The notes under the pieces: model-generated
The model's database searches: none
What the model was told of the DNA's origin: nothing
Seen by the model: only the letters and a program-made list of their open reading frames with translations
Program-made: the position numbers and the translations under genes
Shown here: in pieces, positions 1 through 14,518 of the stretch
How positions within the stretch are numbered: the first letter of the stretch is position 1
Layout: each line of letters starts with the position of its first letter
Assembly: GCA_023231475.1 (NCBI GenBank)
Contig: JALJEE010000149.1
Span: 62,001-126,000 of the forward strand
Length of the DNA stretch: 64,000 nucleotides
DNA from: Seison nebaliae
Lineage: Eukaryota
Direction of reading: 5' to 3'

Positions 1-360
1 CTAGCTTATGAAGATGCTACAGCAAGAAGTTATGTACGTCTTACTAAGAAACTCCATCCAGATCTGGCCGCTTATCAACAGCAGAAAAACGAATTGGGAG
101 AGATGATGTATCGGAAGGCGAACGACCTTGGTCACGGAACACACCAGCCAACGGAAGCAGCGATCGATCGGATGGCCAATGATGTGCAAAAACAGGCAGA
201 GAAACGGCAGACGTACACTCGAAGACGCCGTACCAATCCAGATGCTGACATCACATCCATCAATGAGAGGAATGACCGTTTCAATAAGAAACTGGAACAT
301 ACATACAACAAATATACGAGTGAAATACGAGAGGCTCTCGAACGAGGCACGGCCATATAG
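1..360 (+). CDS. SYF2: Pre-mRNA splicing factor SYF2, 3' part (5' end outside window)
   Basis: Frame open from base 1; C-terminus RRRRTNPDADITSINERNDRFNKKLEHTYNKYTSEIREALERGTAI matches the SYF2 signature (INERN..FNKKL...Y..EI...LERGTA). Confidence 0.92.
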   Translation, partial: LAYEDATARSYVRLTKKLHPDLAAYQQQKNELGEMMYRKANDLGHGTHQPTEAAIDRMANDVQKQAEKRQTYTRRRRTNPDADITSINERNDRFNKKLEHTYNKYTSEIREALERGTAI

Positions 361-1160
361 AACCATCTCTTCACTCTCATTTTCAGTTTACCTTTCTCCT
401 CCTATTGGAAGAAGTTTCTTGAAATCCGATCTCACAATATCGTACGTATGGTGCATTTAAAGTGCACGGATAGATGAGATAGTAGAGATGTATTCAATAA
501 ACATCATCTCTCAATGATTATAATTAACAAATTCTTCTTTTTCATATTCTGTATTATATTATCATTCCTCTCCATCATTCACAATTCGACTCTTCACACA
601 ATTGTAAAGGAGAGGATTTGACTTAAACGAAAGGAATTATATTAAAACATATTAATCAATTTCTCTTCAATCTTTGTACACATCTCTTTTAATTCATACA
701 AATAAATTTCCGAGCATCATCTCAATGATGATAAAAATGATCTCTCTTGTGATGATATTGGAGAGAAGGCATTTCTTCTAGACGGAATAATTAAAATAAT
801 TTATCGAACTCAAATATTTGAATGATATTCCCTTTAATTGAATAATCTTGTGGGAGGGAAGATTTGATATAAAACTCATAAGAATTGATGAATTATTTTA
901 CGTAACAAATTCATCTCAACTGAATAGTTTGATTGACGGTTATTCGATGAACGTTGAAAGAATAGAAATTCGTTAAAATAATTAGAAGATAATGGAATTC
1001 GATTCATAGGGAATAATAATAATAATCTAACAGAATCATTAGATGAGTCATCACTCTCATCACTATGATGATCGTTAACAATAGAATAGTTTTTAGATTT
1101 GTTATTAGTAATTCTGAGTATGTACATATACTCATAAACGATATATAATATAATTCATCG

Positions 1161-1180
1161 ATATATATATATATATATAT
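1161..1180. repeat. (AT)n microsatellite
   Basis: Ten AT units. Confidence 0.9.
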
Positions 1181-1426
1181 ACATGAAAAGGAAAGAATAT
1201 CTTTTTCTTTCTTTTTACAAGAAAGAATTAAATAGAAACTTCTTATTCCTCTCAAGAATTTCTCCTCTAATTATCTGATTTTCATCTAAAACTCATTTTT
1301 CCTTTTCATTCTCTTTTCGCTCTAATTCAACTTGAATTGTTTCATAATAGAAAATTCATCATATTTCCATCCAACAACAACAAGAACAAGATAAATAAAA
1401 TAAATATCATCTCGAATTACCAGAAA

Positions 1427-2245
1427 ATGTCGTCGCCTCGTGAGACACGAAGGAATTTACGTCAGATAAGACGACAACCGAAAATGAGACATCAAACTAC
1501 ATATCTCCCAACTGTATCGTCCAAATTCAAATTCGGACAAATGAGTGTTGGGAATGATGAAGCATTTCCTGATCTTCATGCCCATTTACATCCACTCGTC
1601 ATCATTGATGAAAAATTAAAGAAAAGTTTTCATGGAAATTCTTTAGAATCATCATCATCGTCATCAATTCGTGAAGAGAATGAGGACCAGAATGCTTATG
1701 AGACACCTGAATCACTGGGATCGGACAGTCCAATCTCTTTAACTAAAACTGAAAATTTATTTCCATTATCACGTCCCAGCAGATCCGCTCTTCGATATAG
1801 AACGCAACCGGTGTCGTTGATCGAAATCGAGGAAGTGAAAGAAGATGATGAATTGATCACTCCAACTCCAACTGATACTCGAATGAACATCTATCCTAAC
1901 ATCAACATCCCCAACAGTCGAACAATAAGAGAATTGAAAGAAGATGATGAAATGACAGAAGAGAAACGTTTCGGCAATTTGGCGAGAACCAGTATCGAAC
2001 GTTTGGATAAATATGCAAAGTCGTTAATGTTAAAGAACACCCCACCAACATCACCGTCCAAATGGAATGAAGGACACACTTATTCAACTGATTTAACCGA
2101 CGGAAAATTACCCGAAATGTTCTGTGAGAAGAGACAACAACGAAGAAAACCGACTAAACAAGCCTTGGCCATGCAAGCGAAGAAAGATCAAAAATATAAT
2201 TCGAATATCATTTCAACTAAAACGAAAACTAGTCGATTTATATAA
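1427..2245 (+). CDS. Unknown, probably disordered S/E/R-rich protein (272 aa from first ATG)
   Basis: Long single ORF with coding-like composition in an AT-rich background; no recognisable domain. Confidence 0.7.
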   Translation: MSSPRETRRNLRQIRRQPKMRHQTTYLPTVSSKFKFGQMSVGNDEAFPDLHAHLHPLVIIDEKLKKSFHGNSLESSSSSSIREENEDQNAYETPESLGSDSPISLTKTENLFPLSRPSRSALRYRTQPVSLIEIEEVKEDDELITPTPTDTRMNIYPNINIPNSRTIRELKEDDEMTEEKRFGNLARTSIERLDKYAKSLMLKNTPPTSPSKWNEGHTYSTDLTDGKLPEMFCEKRQQRRKPTKQALAMQAKKDQKYNSNIISTKTKTSRFI

Positions 2246-2685
2246 ACAGAACTTAAATAACATATTCTCCACCATTTTCATATATATACATTTGGCGATC
2301 GGTATTTGAAAAAGAAAACATATTAAACATCTAAATGATTTGTATCGAACAGTTTATTCATTTTAATAATTTATATTTCATTCTCATATTTTGTTCAAAA
2401 TAAATAATTCTCCTAACTAATTCTTCAAATATTTTATTCAATTTTCATCCTCAATTCTATCAGTAAAACATACCTAATTCCAAAAAATGGATTCGAACAT
2501 ATTATTATGTACCAATAATAAGTATTTATATTACAAACTCTTATAATTTTTCTCATGTTTCCAATTTTATGTTTTTCAAGTTTAGTATATTTAGCGACAA
2601 GTCGAAAGAAATCGAGAACTTAGTAATTTCCACATTTTTTAGTTTTATTTTTTTTTGTTTTGTCTTTCCCAAGAAAAACCATATT

Positions 2686-4207
2686 ATGTTCACCAACTTT
2701 CCTAATCTAGTTTTGTGTTTCATTTCATGTTATCTTATCGGACATGCATATTCGGACAAAGCAGATATACACGATGTTTGTTCATTCTCATTCAATTAAA
2801 CGTTAAATCTTTTTTAAAGCCCGATATCTTTCGGGAACATTTATTAACCCGCGTATTTGATGGACAAATAAACTTGATTGATGATCCTACTGGTCGAATT
2901 AACCGTGAATCAGATACGAGACATTTGAGAGTGCGAGACATTGAACCAATTCCAAAAGATTTCCGTCGATTGAGAGATCATATACCGAATGCAACTGTAG
3001 ATGTCATTACGAAGCATGTTGAGGATAATAAGATGATACATGTATTTATGAAAAAACCGAAATCTCTCAAAGTGAATAGTCAGTGTAGTAGTAATTTATT
3101 CAATCGTGACGCTTATGGTCACATAGATAAAATTCGAGATCTCGGATTTGGTGCACAAGGCAACGTCATATTGGCAAAACATGGCAATTATTATTTGGCC
3201 ATAAAATGTTAAATTTTTTTTTCATTTTCTCTAATTCAACTTGTTTCAGCACTTACTTTGTTATCTCATGCCGCTATACAATCTGATGTTTTATTGGCTT
3301 TCAATAAGAATAGCGTTGGAGAAGGTTTTCCCAAAGTGGAGTACCATTTCTTTCACAACCGTGAACCAACACCATATGCTCAAGGTTTGAAACTGAAGAA
3401 CACCGGTCTATTATTCGTGGATGATTTGACACCGTATTGTCTTGGAATGTCGTACATTAAAGGCGATTTGTTAACTGAGCATGTTGTCAATTATAACGAC
3501 AAGATCAATTGGCGAATTACGGTTTTGTTACTTCGTCAATTGCAAATCCTCCATTTCACATTTAACGAATACGAATACTTGAGTAATAATCTAGTTTGAA
3601 TTTTCAATTCTAATGAATTTAAATTTCAATTAATTTTTAGTTATTGAAAAGGAGATCATTCACATTATTCCATGGCGATTTACATCATGGCAATGTTATC
3701 ATGACAAATCAGACGACACCATATCTATATCCGCAAATAATCGACGGTGGATTAGCACCATCAATGTGTATACATTATAGACGAGATGTGATGATTCATT
3801 TCTATAATCAATATGTGCAACAAGAAGCAAATATAGCCGAAAATCGGCATTTAGTTGTTCCCGCCAATATGATGTTCACTTTATTCCAACATCGAGATAT
3901 GAGCAGTATATTCCATCTGATATATATGCTTTATCATAAGAGACTATTGCATATGCAAATAGCTGAATTGTTCCTCCGTTTCACCATGACACCCAACATA
4001 CTTGCCAATGTATTGAGAAATGCATATGCATTTTTATTGCCTCATTCGATGTTGAGACATTTGCCATATTCTCGAATTTTTAACAGACATATGGGCGACG
4101 TGGCGAGAATTTGGTTGACTTTACTCGTCTCACTGCACGGCTCAAAGACGTATGTGCAAATATGGCCGAAAATAGTAGAAGCGTTTACAGTTCAACCGTT
4201 ATATTAA
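2686..4207 (+). CDS. Signal-peptide-bearing atypical protein-kinase-like protein (4 exons, about 462 aa)
   Basis: Introns 2776-2819, 3208-3249 and 3594-3640 join the ORFs in frame; N-terminal hydrophobic MFTNFPNLVLCFISCYLIGHAYS; motifs LGFGAQGNV, AIK, HGDLHHGN, IIDGG. Confidence 0.8.
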
Positions 4208-4309
4208 TGAATTCTCAAATTTTAAATAATTTAAAATAATTTTTAATATCATTAAATAATTTTGAATAAATAAATATAAATTAATTAATTTAAATTATTA
4301 AATTTTATT

Positions 4310-5578
4310 TTAATCGTAGAAAATTGATGCGATATAATATCGAATGATGAATGCGATGGACGATGAGAAGAGTTGTAAGATTAATAATTCGATGACTAAT
4401 CGTCGTTCGGAACAAGATTTGGTTGGGTGAAAACGAATAATTAAATTGAGTATAGTAAAATTGGTAATTTGAATTTGTTCATTCGTTACATCATAATCGA
4501 TGAGATGGAATAAACGAAATACATAAATAATCAATTTCCCTAACGAACTGAATTGATGATTCTCTTTGACTATTAATTTGGATGGGAGAACCAAATCTCT
4601 CACTCCATCATATTCCGGCATACGATGACGTGGACAAGGAACAATTTTGAGTAGTTGTGGAAATGAGAAAAGAAAATTGAAAATTTGTGGGAGGAAGAAT
4701 AAGAGTAAAGTTTTGGAGAAATGACCCAAAATGGCGACGGAAGCTAATTGCATTCCTGCTAAATAACAATATGTATCTCCCACAAACAATTGAGCTGGAT
4801 AGAAATTCTTGTAGAAAATGAATAAAGATAAAATGAAAAATGGAATTAAAAAGAATAAAGAGAATCGATGTGATTGTGAGAACGGTCCGTTTAATTCGAT
4901 CAAATTGAAAATAATAATGGATAAAGTGATGACAAGTGATTGACCAACTTCCACTCCGTTCGCTCCAGCTAAAATATTGATGGAATTCGTACAGAATACG
5001 ACGATACATCCCATGTATATGTAGTAGAGTATTCCTAAATCGATTGTCAAACCGATATAAGGACGGAGGAAAATCGGCATAACTACCATCGTACTATTAT
5101 TACTCACTTGGTGAATGACGAGTAATGGTAGAGCTGCGAGTGACGGTAGAATGAGACGATGTTTCCATTTCAAATCGAGAATATCATCACAGAATCCCAA
5201 CAATGTCATACAGGAGATAGAGAGTAATCCAGCGATATAATATAAAAGGAATTTCGATCGTTTTATCATTTCATTATTCTCTCGAAATATCGTTTCAGTA
5301 TCGTTAGTTTGAAAAGACTGAATTTTCGGTTGTTGATAATTTGTAATTGAATAGAAGTGAACGGGAATTAATATGACTAATACTAATAAGTGACAACATC
5401 CGATAAGAACACCTTGTGCTTCTGGAATTAATGGTTTGTTTCTCTTCAATACATCTCTCCCACTAATCCCATTTTCAAGAAATTTCGTTTTATAACTGTT
5501 AAATAAACTATTGAACAACAATCCACAACCTATCGACGCTCCTATTGTCGATAATTCACTTATTATCGAATTGTTCAT
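4310..5578 (-). CDS. DPAGT1: UDP-GlcNAc:dolichyl-phosphate GlcNAc-1-phosphotransferase (intronless)
   Basis: Motifs IPEAQG, LLGFCDD, FCTNSINILAGANGVEVGQ, FVGDTYCY, GHFSKTLLLFF, PCPRHRMP; multiple TM segments. Confidence 0.97.
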   Translation of the reverse strand: MNNSIISELSTIGASIGCGLLFNSLFNSYKTKFLENGISGRDVLKRNKPLIPEAQGVLIGCCHLLVLVILIPVHFYSITNYQQPKIQSFQTNDTETIFRENNEMIKRSKFLLYYIAGLLSISCMTLLGFCDDILDLKWKHRLILPSLAALPLLVIHQVSNNSTMVVMPIFLRPYIGLTIDLGILYYIYMGCIVVFCTNSINILAGANGVEVGQSLVITLSIIIFNLIELNGPFSQSHRFSLFFLIPFFILSLFIFYKNFYPAQLFVGDTYCYLAGMQLASVAILGHFSKTLLLFFLPQIFNFLFSFPQLLKIVPCPRHRMPEYDGVRDLVLPSKLIVKENHQFSSLGKLIIYVFRLFHLIDYDVTNEQIQITNFTILNLIIRFHPTKSCSERRLVIELLILQLFSSSIAFIIRYYIASIFYD

Positions 5579-6502
5579 ATTTAACAACTTCAAAATATTT
5601 CGTTACTTCATCAACTCGAATTGCACGAACTAGACGAAGATTCCAATGATCCGTTCATACACGTATTCCATAACATGCAAGTGAACGAGAGGAATCGAAC
5701 TTAATTTCTTAATTTAAAATAATGTCTCAAAATCAAAGCTATAGAATGGTTTCTATTCGTTATATTTTTTAATAAATATTTAACTAATTCTACATCATTT
5801 TCAATTTCGCTCATAATTTCAACGTGGTTGTTTATTGTTGGAAAGTTGAGTGTGAAATATTTTTTGATGAAATGAAATAATACTCTATAAAATTACATAT
5901 GTATAATATGGAGCTAAATGTTTATAGTTCTTAAATGACTAAACATTTTAATTTACAATTTATTTGTATAAATCTGATTTAAAAGATACGAAAGTCAGAC
6001 ATAATTTCCTTGCAATTATATATTGAATCTTATATGAATATTTTTAATAATTTTGTAAAATTATTTTCCGGAATTTCTGAAATGTTTGTCTGATGAGTTA
6101 TTTGGAACAAATTATTCGATTTGAGTAACGATGTAGTAGCATTGAAAAATATTTAATCGCTCAAATGTTTTTCGTTTAAAGGATTGTTTTCATTCGTTTA
6201 TTGGAACGCTAATTTGGGTTTGCTAATTTATGTTTAACTAATAAATACTAATCATACATCTAATCTTCAGTTCTAAATGTGGAAGTAATTGAGGAATTTA
6301 TCTAATAAATTTTATAATGTAAAACATCTGTTTTTTTCTTTAAATTGTTTATTAAGTCCCATGGAAATTCGTTTATTTGAAATTTTTCTTTTTCAAATTC
6401 TTATGCTAAGAGACATGAGATAAAAGTTGGAAAATTTTATCACATAAATTCCAACAATTTAAAACTAAACATCCAAATAAAAGTATCGTGGTTAAAAGAA
6501 GA

Positions 6503-8656
<2,154 letters not shown>

Positions 8657-8799
8657 GAAATTTTATTTATTCTTCATTTTCATTTTTTGTACGTAACAAA
8701 TAAAACTCTATAATTTTCTAAATTAATTTTCAAAAATAAAATTTTTCACTAATGAACATATACATAATTTATATACGTATTTATGATAATTTTAATATA

Positions 8800-9404
8800 A
8801 AATATTCTTTGATAATAATATCTCAATTGACGAGTCATTAATTTGTCCAACATTCGAGAATATAATTCGAGGTGTCTGAATTGTTAAAGGAAATAAAAAA
8901 GAATTATCGATTTTTAGGATAATGAAAATTTCCAGAAGTAGAACTGTCCGACCATTGAAAGATATGTTTTGTATGATAATACTTTTATGTTATCATCACT
9001 CACAGTTATGAAATTTCAGTTTGAAGTCAATTGATAAACAAATGAAAAATATAAGAGAATTTTATTAAGGAAAAATTTAATTAAAATAAAAATGAATAGA
9101 AAAGGGAACGACAGACTTCGGTTTCTATAATAAGACGATGATACCTATTAGGACTCTAAGGAGGATGTGAATCTCATCAGTTATCGGTGTAATATCGTTA
9201 ATCATAAAATATCGTATTTTACAAGATAAAGTTTCAGTCCTCCTTAGGGTCTGAACAGGTGGAGATTGGCATGATAATCGTAGAATGACATCTATGAAAA
9301 GAAAAAGTTTATAATAATAAAAAAGAAATATTTGAGAGAAAGTTTAAAAGTAACTTTACCATTTTCTTTCCTTTTATAGTGAGTCGGCTGATCCCTGAAG
9401 ACAT
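8800..9404 (-). ncRNA. Candidate spliced non-coding transcript whose middle exon folds into a long hairpin
   Basis: Three intron-like minus-strand segments (9359-9292, 9109-8999, 8944-8876); only short ORFs after splicing; 23-nt inverted repeat 9143-9165/9238-9260. Ends uncertain. Confidence 0.45.
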
Positions 9405-9623
9405 TAGGAAGGAAGATTTTAAATAAATGGTTGAAATAAAGTTCTATTCTGTTGGAAATTGTGTTGAAAAAAAAAGAAATGAGTTGTCGTATGAGTCAAA
9501 TGACAACCGATGAGCCAACTGATGTGACTCACACAACTTGTGAGTACGTGTACTTTCTTTACTAACTGTTGCGTTGACAAGATATTACTCGTCATTTGTT
9601 GCATTATTCATAAAGTGGAAGGA

Positions 9624-9651
9624 AGAGAGAGAGAGACAGAGAGAGAGAGAG
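9624..9651. repeat. Imperfect (GA)n microsatellite
   Basis: GA repeat interrupted by CA. Confidence 0.85.
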
Positions 9652-10482
9652 GGGAGAAAGATGTATGTGGCACGTGGAAGAAATAATCGTTCAGTTTCAA
9701 CGACAGAAAAAAACAGTTAGCTCAAACGATTCGATTGTTGTAGTTAAATAGAAGTAGCGGAGAAAACTGGAAGAAATAGATCTGACAAAATCAAAAGAAA
9801 TCTTTCATTCAGTTTCCTTTCCATATGATGAGGGGAAATGATATTCATTCAAGACGAATTGTCTATCAGCACAAAAAACAGTTAGAGAAGAAAGCAATGA
9901 GCAACAAAAATAAATGTTGAATGAATATCGAATCCGAATCAGTCACATTCTTTTCAAGAGAACCTGAAATAATAAGAATAATTTGAAAATTATTCGTTAT
10001 TAAAATGAAAGAAATCTATTTATTTTCAATAGATTTTATTCGATGTCGAAATCAAATTTCCCAGCCTGTCCGCCAATTCACTCCTCGTCATCGTTCTCGA
10101 ATAAATTCTGATCTGAATTTAGTTGATGAGATACTGAATCATTCTCTGATTCTTTTATATTCCAATTTGTCTATTGTGTATTTAGTGGGATTGATAGTTG
10201 TTAAGTCGATTGATTCACCTTTGATCAGATGATGTGATGAGACCTTTGACCTAAAACTCTCTCTTTCTCAACTTCTACTAATAACAAAGTTCACTGATTT
10301 TTTTACTATTTCTTTAATAATTAAACAAATTCCTTTATCAATTAATTTCATTAATTCCTTATCAATTCATGTGAAGTGTTCAGTGTTACTCTCATTCTCC
10401 CAACAGACAGAAAATAGACTAAAATTTTTATTTTTCAATTATAAAATTTCTGTTTACAAATTTAAAGGGAAATTCATCTGAA

Positions 10483-11790
10483 TCATTGACAAATGAAAGA
10501 TTTCGAATGTTGTTGGAAGAATGGGAACTGTTCGAATTGTTGGAAATTGTTTGGAATAAAATACGATTCCACATTCGACACACATTCCAGTGGCGATTGT
10601 GTGTCAACCGGTGCTGATTGTGCACTGGTGGAATCTGATGGATTTCGTTCGGAAACTCCGAAGAAATCTTTAAACATTTCATCTCTGTCATTATGATTTT
10701 CATCAGTTCCATCATGTGCTCCATATTGATGATCGTAAGAGATCATTGACGGAATCGTTAATTGTTGACATGTTTCATTATTTTGAATTTGTGAATTGAT
10801 TCTAATTCTCTTAAAATCCAATTCGGTCATTTCATTCGAAATTGATCGTTTGTTCCGATTTTCATTCCCTTCAATCTGTTCACTTTTCATCGTGTCAGAC
10901 AATTCTGATGACGATTCGATGGAGGATGCCACTGATGAAATTGATGGTGTCTGACCATACAACATTGTCGATATATCGGCACCGGTTGATTTTAACGCTA
11001 AATAATCTAGCGGGGTTCTCACTCTACCAGGAATTGATATGGCTTTAACTGAATGTTCCATATCGACTGAATTGTAGAAAGTTGAATTACAATCGGAATT
11101 TTCTGGAGAATTATTCATCAATCGACAACCTAAAGCTGCTGATAAAAGATTCGTCGTATTTTGTGATAGTCCTTTGCACATCGTCTCCACGAACGTCTCC
11201 GTATCATTCGTTGTTATCGTATCATTTTCTAACAACGTACGAAGTGATTGAATATAATTGGCGGTGATTCTCAAAGTTTCAATTTTCGACAGTTTCTGCT
11301 GTCCAGAAGTAAAACCAGGAATTGATAATCGTAAAATTTCCAGCCAATCATTTAATGAATGCATTCGATTCCTCTCTCGATCATTTGCATTTATCCGTCT
11401 CAATTTATATTTAGCGACTCGAGCTGGTGTAATCGCTTTCTTCTTCGGTCCTCGTTTCTTTGGAATTTTCTTAGGGGGGAAATCGATGTGAGAACCAATC
11501 GAACTACATGACGATTCCGAATCATATTTTTGACTTTTCTCCTCAATTCGCTTCTTTTTCATTTGTAATGGCAACGGATTCTTTTGTTTCTCTTTATTTT
11601 CCAATCGTTCCATTATTTCGCGACGTTCTTCTTCCGCCAAATGCTCATTCAACTGGTCGAGATTGTAGCCCATCAATTCCGTCGCTTTCGCCACACCAAC
11701 CTCCTTCTCCAATCGTTCATACGTATCAATCTCTTGTCTTAATTGTTGAACACGTTCTTGAACTTCTCGTTCTGGTATTTTCGTTGGCAT
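10483..11790 (-). CDS. NEUROD: NeuroD-family bHLH transcription factor (intronless)
   Basis: PKKRGPKKK basic stretch, [17 protein letters not shown]...[10 protein letters not shown] bHLH and the NeuroD-specific [16 protein letters not shown] motif. Confidence 0.93.
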
Positions 11791-14518
11791 TATATGTTTG
11801 ACTTGATTCAGTACCAATAGAGATTTTATAAAAATGTTTGAAAATATTTTTTTGCAGATTCCAAATGATCAAAAATAATGGTTAAATATCTAATAAATCG
11901 AATGAAAAAGAGAATGAATGGAAGTCGATCAATCAATTGGTGCCAATTTTTATACATCAATGTGACATATTTTAATGAGGAGATCTTTCCCTCTTAATTA
12001 AACGGATTTCTCCTTTTACATCTGTACCATTAAATCGAAATATGAAGAATGTGATTGGTGGTGTTAAATAATTCATCATTATTGACAATATTCCAGTCAA
12101 TTCTCATTTATTAATCATCTTTATTATTATGAAGTTAAAGTGGAAAAATTTCTGCCTCATTGAAAGTGCAGAATCAACATCATCTCCCACACACAAACAT
12201 AAGCACACACTGACGATAAATCGAACGAATTTAATGAACATCAAAATTTCACCAATTTACTCATATTTATCAGTTCGATTAGTTTCTTGCTCATCAAATT
12301 GAACGTTCAAGATAAAAATTAATTAAATCGATCATCTCTACTTATCAGTCGTGAATGCATGCCATTCCCTTCTCGCTCATTCGAGGTGTTATCGATACTA
12401 ATAAATGATAAGGAAAAATCAATCTTTCTTTCTTTCTCGCTACTTCACAATTCTTATATATCAACAAATTATCAGTCAATCGCACTCAGTTTATCATTTT
12501 CATGACTAGTGCTGATGAAGATGATGAAGATGATGGCTTGTTTCTCTCAAATTATTTGAAAGTTCTCTCCAGATAATTTCTATGATTTCTTAATGAAAAT
12601 CGATATATTCTATTCAATTGGATATTTATTATTAATTCTCTCCAAGATAATTAATCACAGATTCCATCCAAAAATCTTATTTGCCATTTGTCCTCTTAAT
12701 TTTTATTGTCATTTGAATTGAGATTGGAGGAGAGGAAGGAGAAGCGAAAAATGAAAGAAATATGAGTAAAAGCGTTCTTAAAAACAGAATGGGAAGTAAT
12801 TATATTAATGTGCAACAGCGAGAAAGAGATCGCCAATGAATAATAAAAAAAAGGAACTACAAAATTTATATATAGATATTTTGATAGATGCAATTATTCG
12901 AAAACTCGACATGAATTGAAAGTTGTATCGATGGATCGTTTGATGGGGGGAGAGAGAATATAAATACTTCATAGATCCAAGGAAGTTTTGATGCATAAAT
13001 TGAAAGATATGAATAAAATTTCCAAGCGATTCCCTTCGTCCTATTACAAAGCGTAGTTAATTGTCCTTAATTCATACTGCACCGCTCCAATTCGAAAGGT
13101 TCTTTTAAATAAATTCTCGTTTGATAATGTTGAACATGCAAAGAAGCAGTGACGTCCCAAATGCACGAATATCAAAAGGAAAATTTATTGTCGACGGCTT
13201 AATCATCATTTTCCGTTTATTCTCCTTTGAAAGTCGTCGTTTGGAGAACTGACAACATCAACTGGATAGACAATAAAAGGAAAAAGTTTATAATTATTGT
13301 GCGAGTTGAGGATTTGTGATAACGAAATATATTATCGTTCTTCCGCTCACTACATCTGATATCTGATCGAATGCACTAAACAATGAGAATGGTTTATGAA
13401 CAGCATGAAGATGAGCTGAAATTGGATCGAGCAAAATAAGACAAAGGAAGACGTCGCTGTCAAACATTTGACGTTATCATTTGTATTGACAGGCGCTCAA
13501 TTTTCTTTAAAAAATAAGTTCATCTTTGAGCGCGAACTCTCTACTGATTGATAGTGAAGTTAAATTGAGGCGATGTACTGTGATCAATGGATATATGAAC
13601 GAATCTTTCACACATTCTCATCGCACATCATCTTTTAGTGAAGTATGTCCCACATCGAATAAATCTCATATTCAGAATTGGATTGAAGTAATGAGAATTT
13701 ACTCAATTCTCCACCGATCAATTACCACACGCTGAGAAGTCGTCTGATCATGCCGATGTCTTCCAATAATCGATTCCTACTCACATGAGTCTCTTTAGCA
13801 GGCGGCAATCCTCCTTTTAAATTAATTGAACAAATTGAAAGTTATTGAAATAAAATTATTTTCAAGAGTCATCCAATCCCTTGCCTATCATTTGGAGTCG
13901 GTCGACATCATACTCCACCATCATTCCAATTCAACTTCCAACAGACAATCACTTACCATCTCATTGCCAAATCAAATTTGATGTTGAACTTCAAACAAAT
14001 GGATAGACAGTTATAATCAGGATACTGTCCCACAAATTACTTCAGGATGAGTGGAAGAACTTCATTTTAGAGGAAAAGTTTTAATGACGAAAAATGGAAC
14101 TGGAAAATGACGAGTTTGTGTATGTCTCAAATGAGATTTATCATTCAATCGATTTCCTGATAGTGATAGATTGTTCTTCTGCATGACTGATTTTCATCTA
14201 CTCTCCATCTTTTCATTATAAACAACCAATGGCAATCTGTGAAATATTCTAACAAGTTTCGTGTTTCCTTCCATCGATTTCACTGATTCCGTTACGTGAA
14301 TATCTGGCAAGTCCATAATTGATTAAGAACGAATTATTGACATAAATCATTTATCTTTCCATTCAATACTCATAACGTACTTATACTCTCTTTATCTTCA
14401 TTCCACCATTTCCATCACCAAAATTTTTCTTTAATAGAATTAATTTACTCTTTTTTCCATGAAATTGTATGAGAGAGATTTAATGAAATAAATAAGAGAA
14501 AAATAATTTTTTTTTGTT

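Noticed and set aside
9150..9175. SRP (7SL) RNA-like word CTAAGGAGG..TGAA
   Set aside because: The conserved SRP helix-8 motif and Alu domain are absent.
9165..9240. Hammerhead ribozyme (minus strand has GAAAC and CTGATGA facing each other)
   Set aside because: No room for stem III or a GUH cleavage triplet, and stem II does not close next to the core.
9388..9400. U3 snoRNA box A-like TTCAGGGATCA on the minus strand
   Set aside because: Only an 11-nt match; the following TTTCTATAG and boxes B/C/D are not in place.
9125..9404. Spliced ~70-aa membrane micropeptide
   Set aside because: Exon phases do not join the ATG exon to the 55-codon open frame; the products stop after about 30-35 codons.
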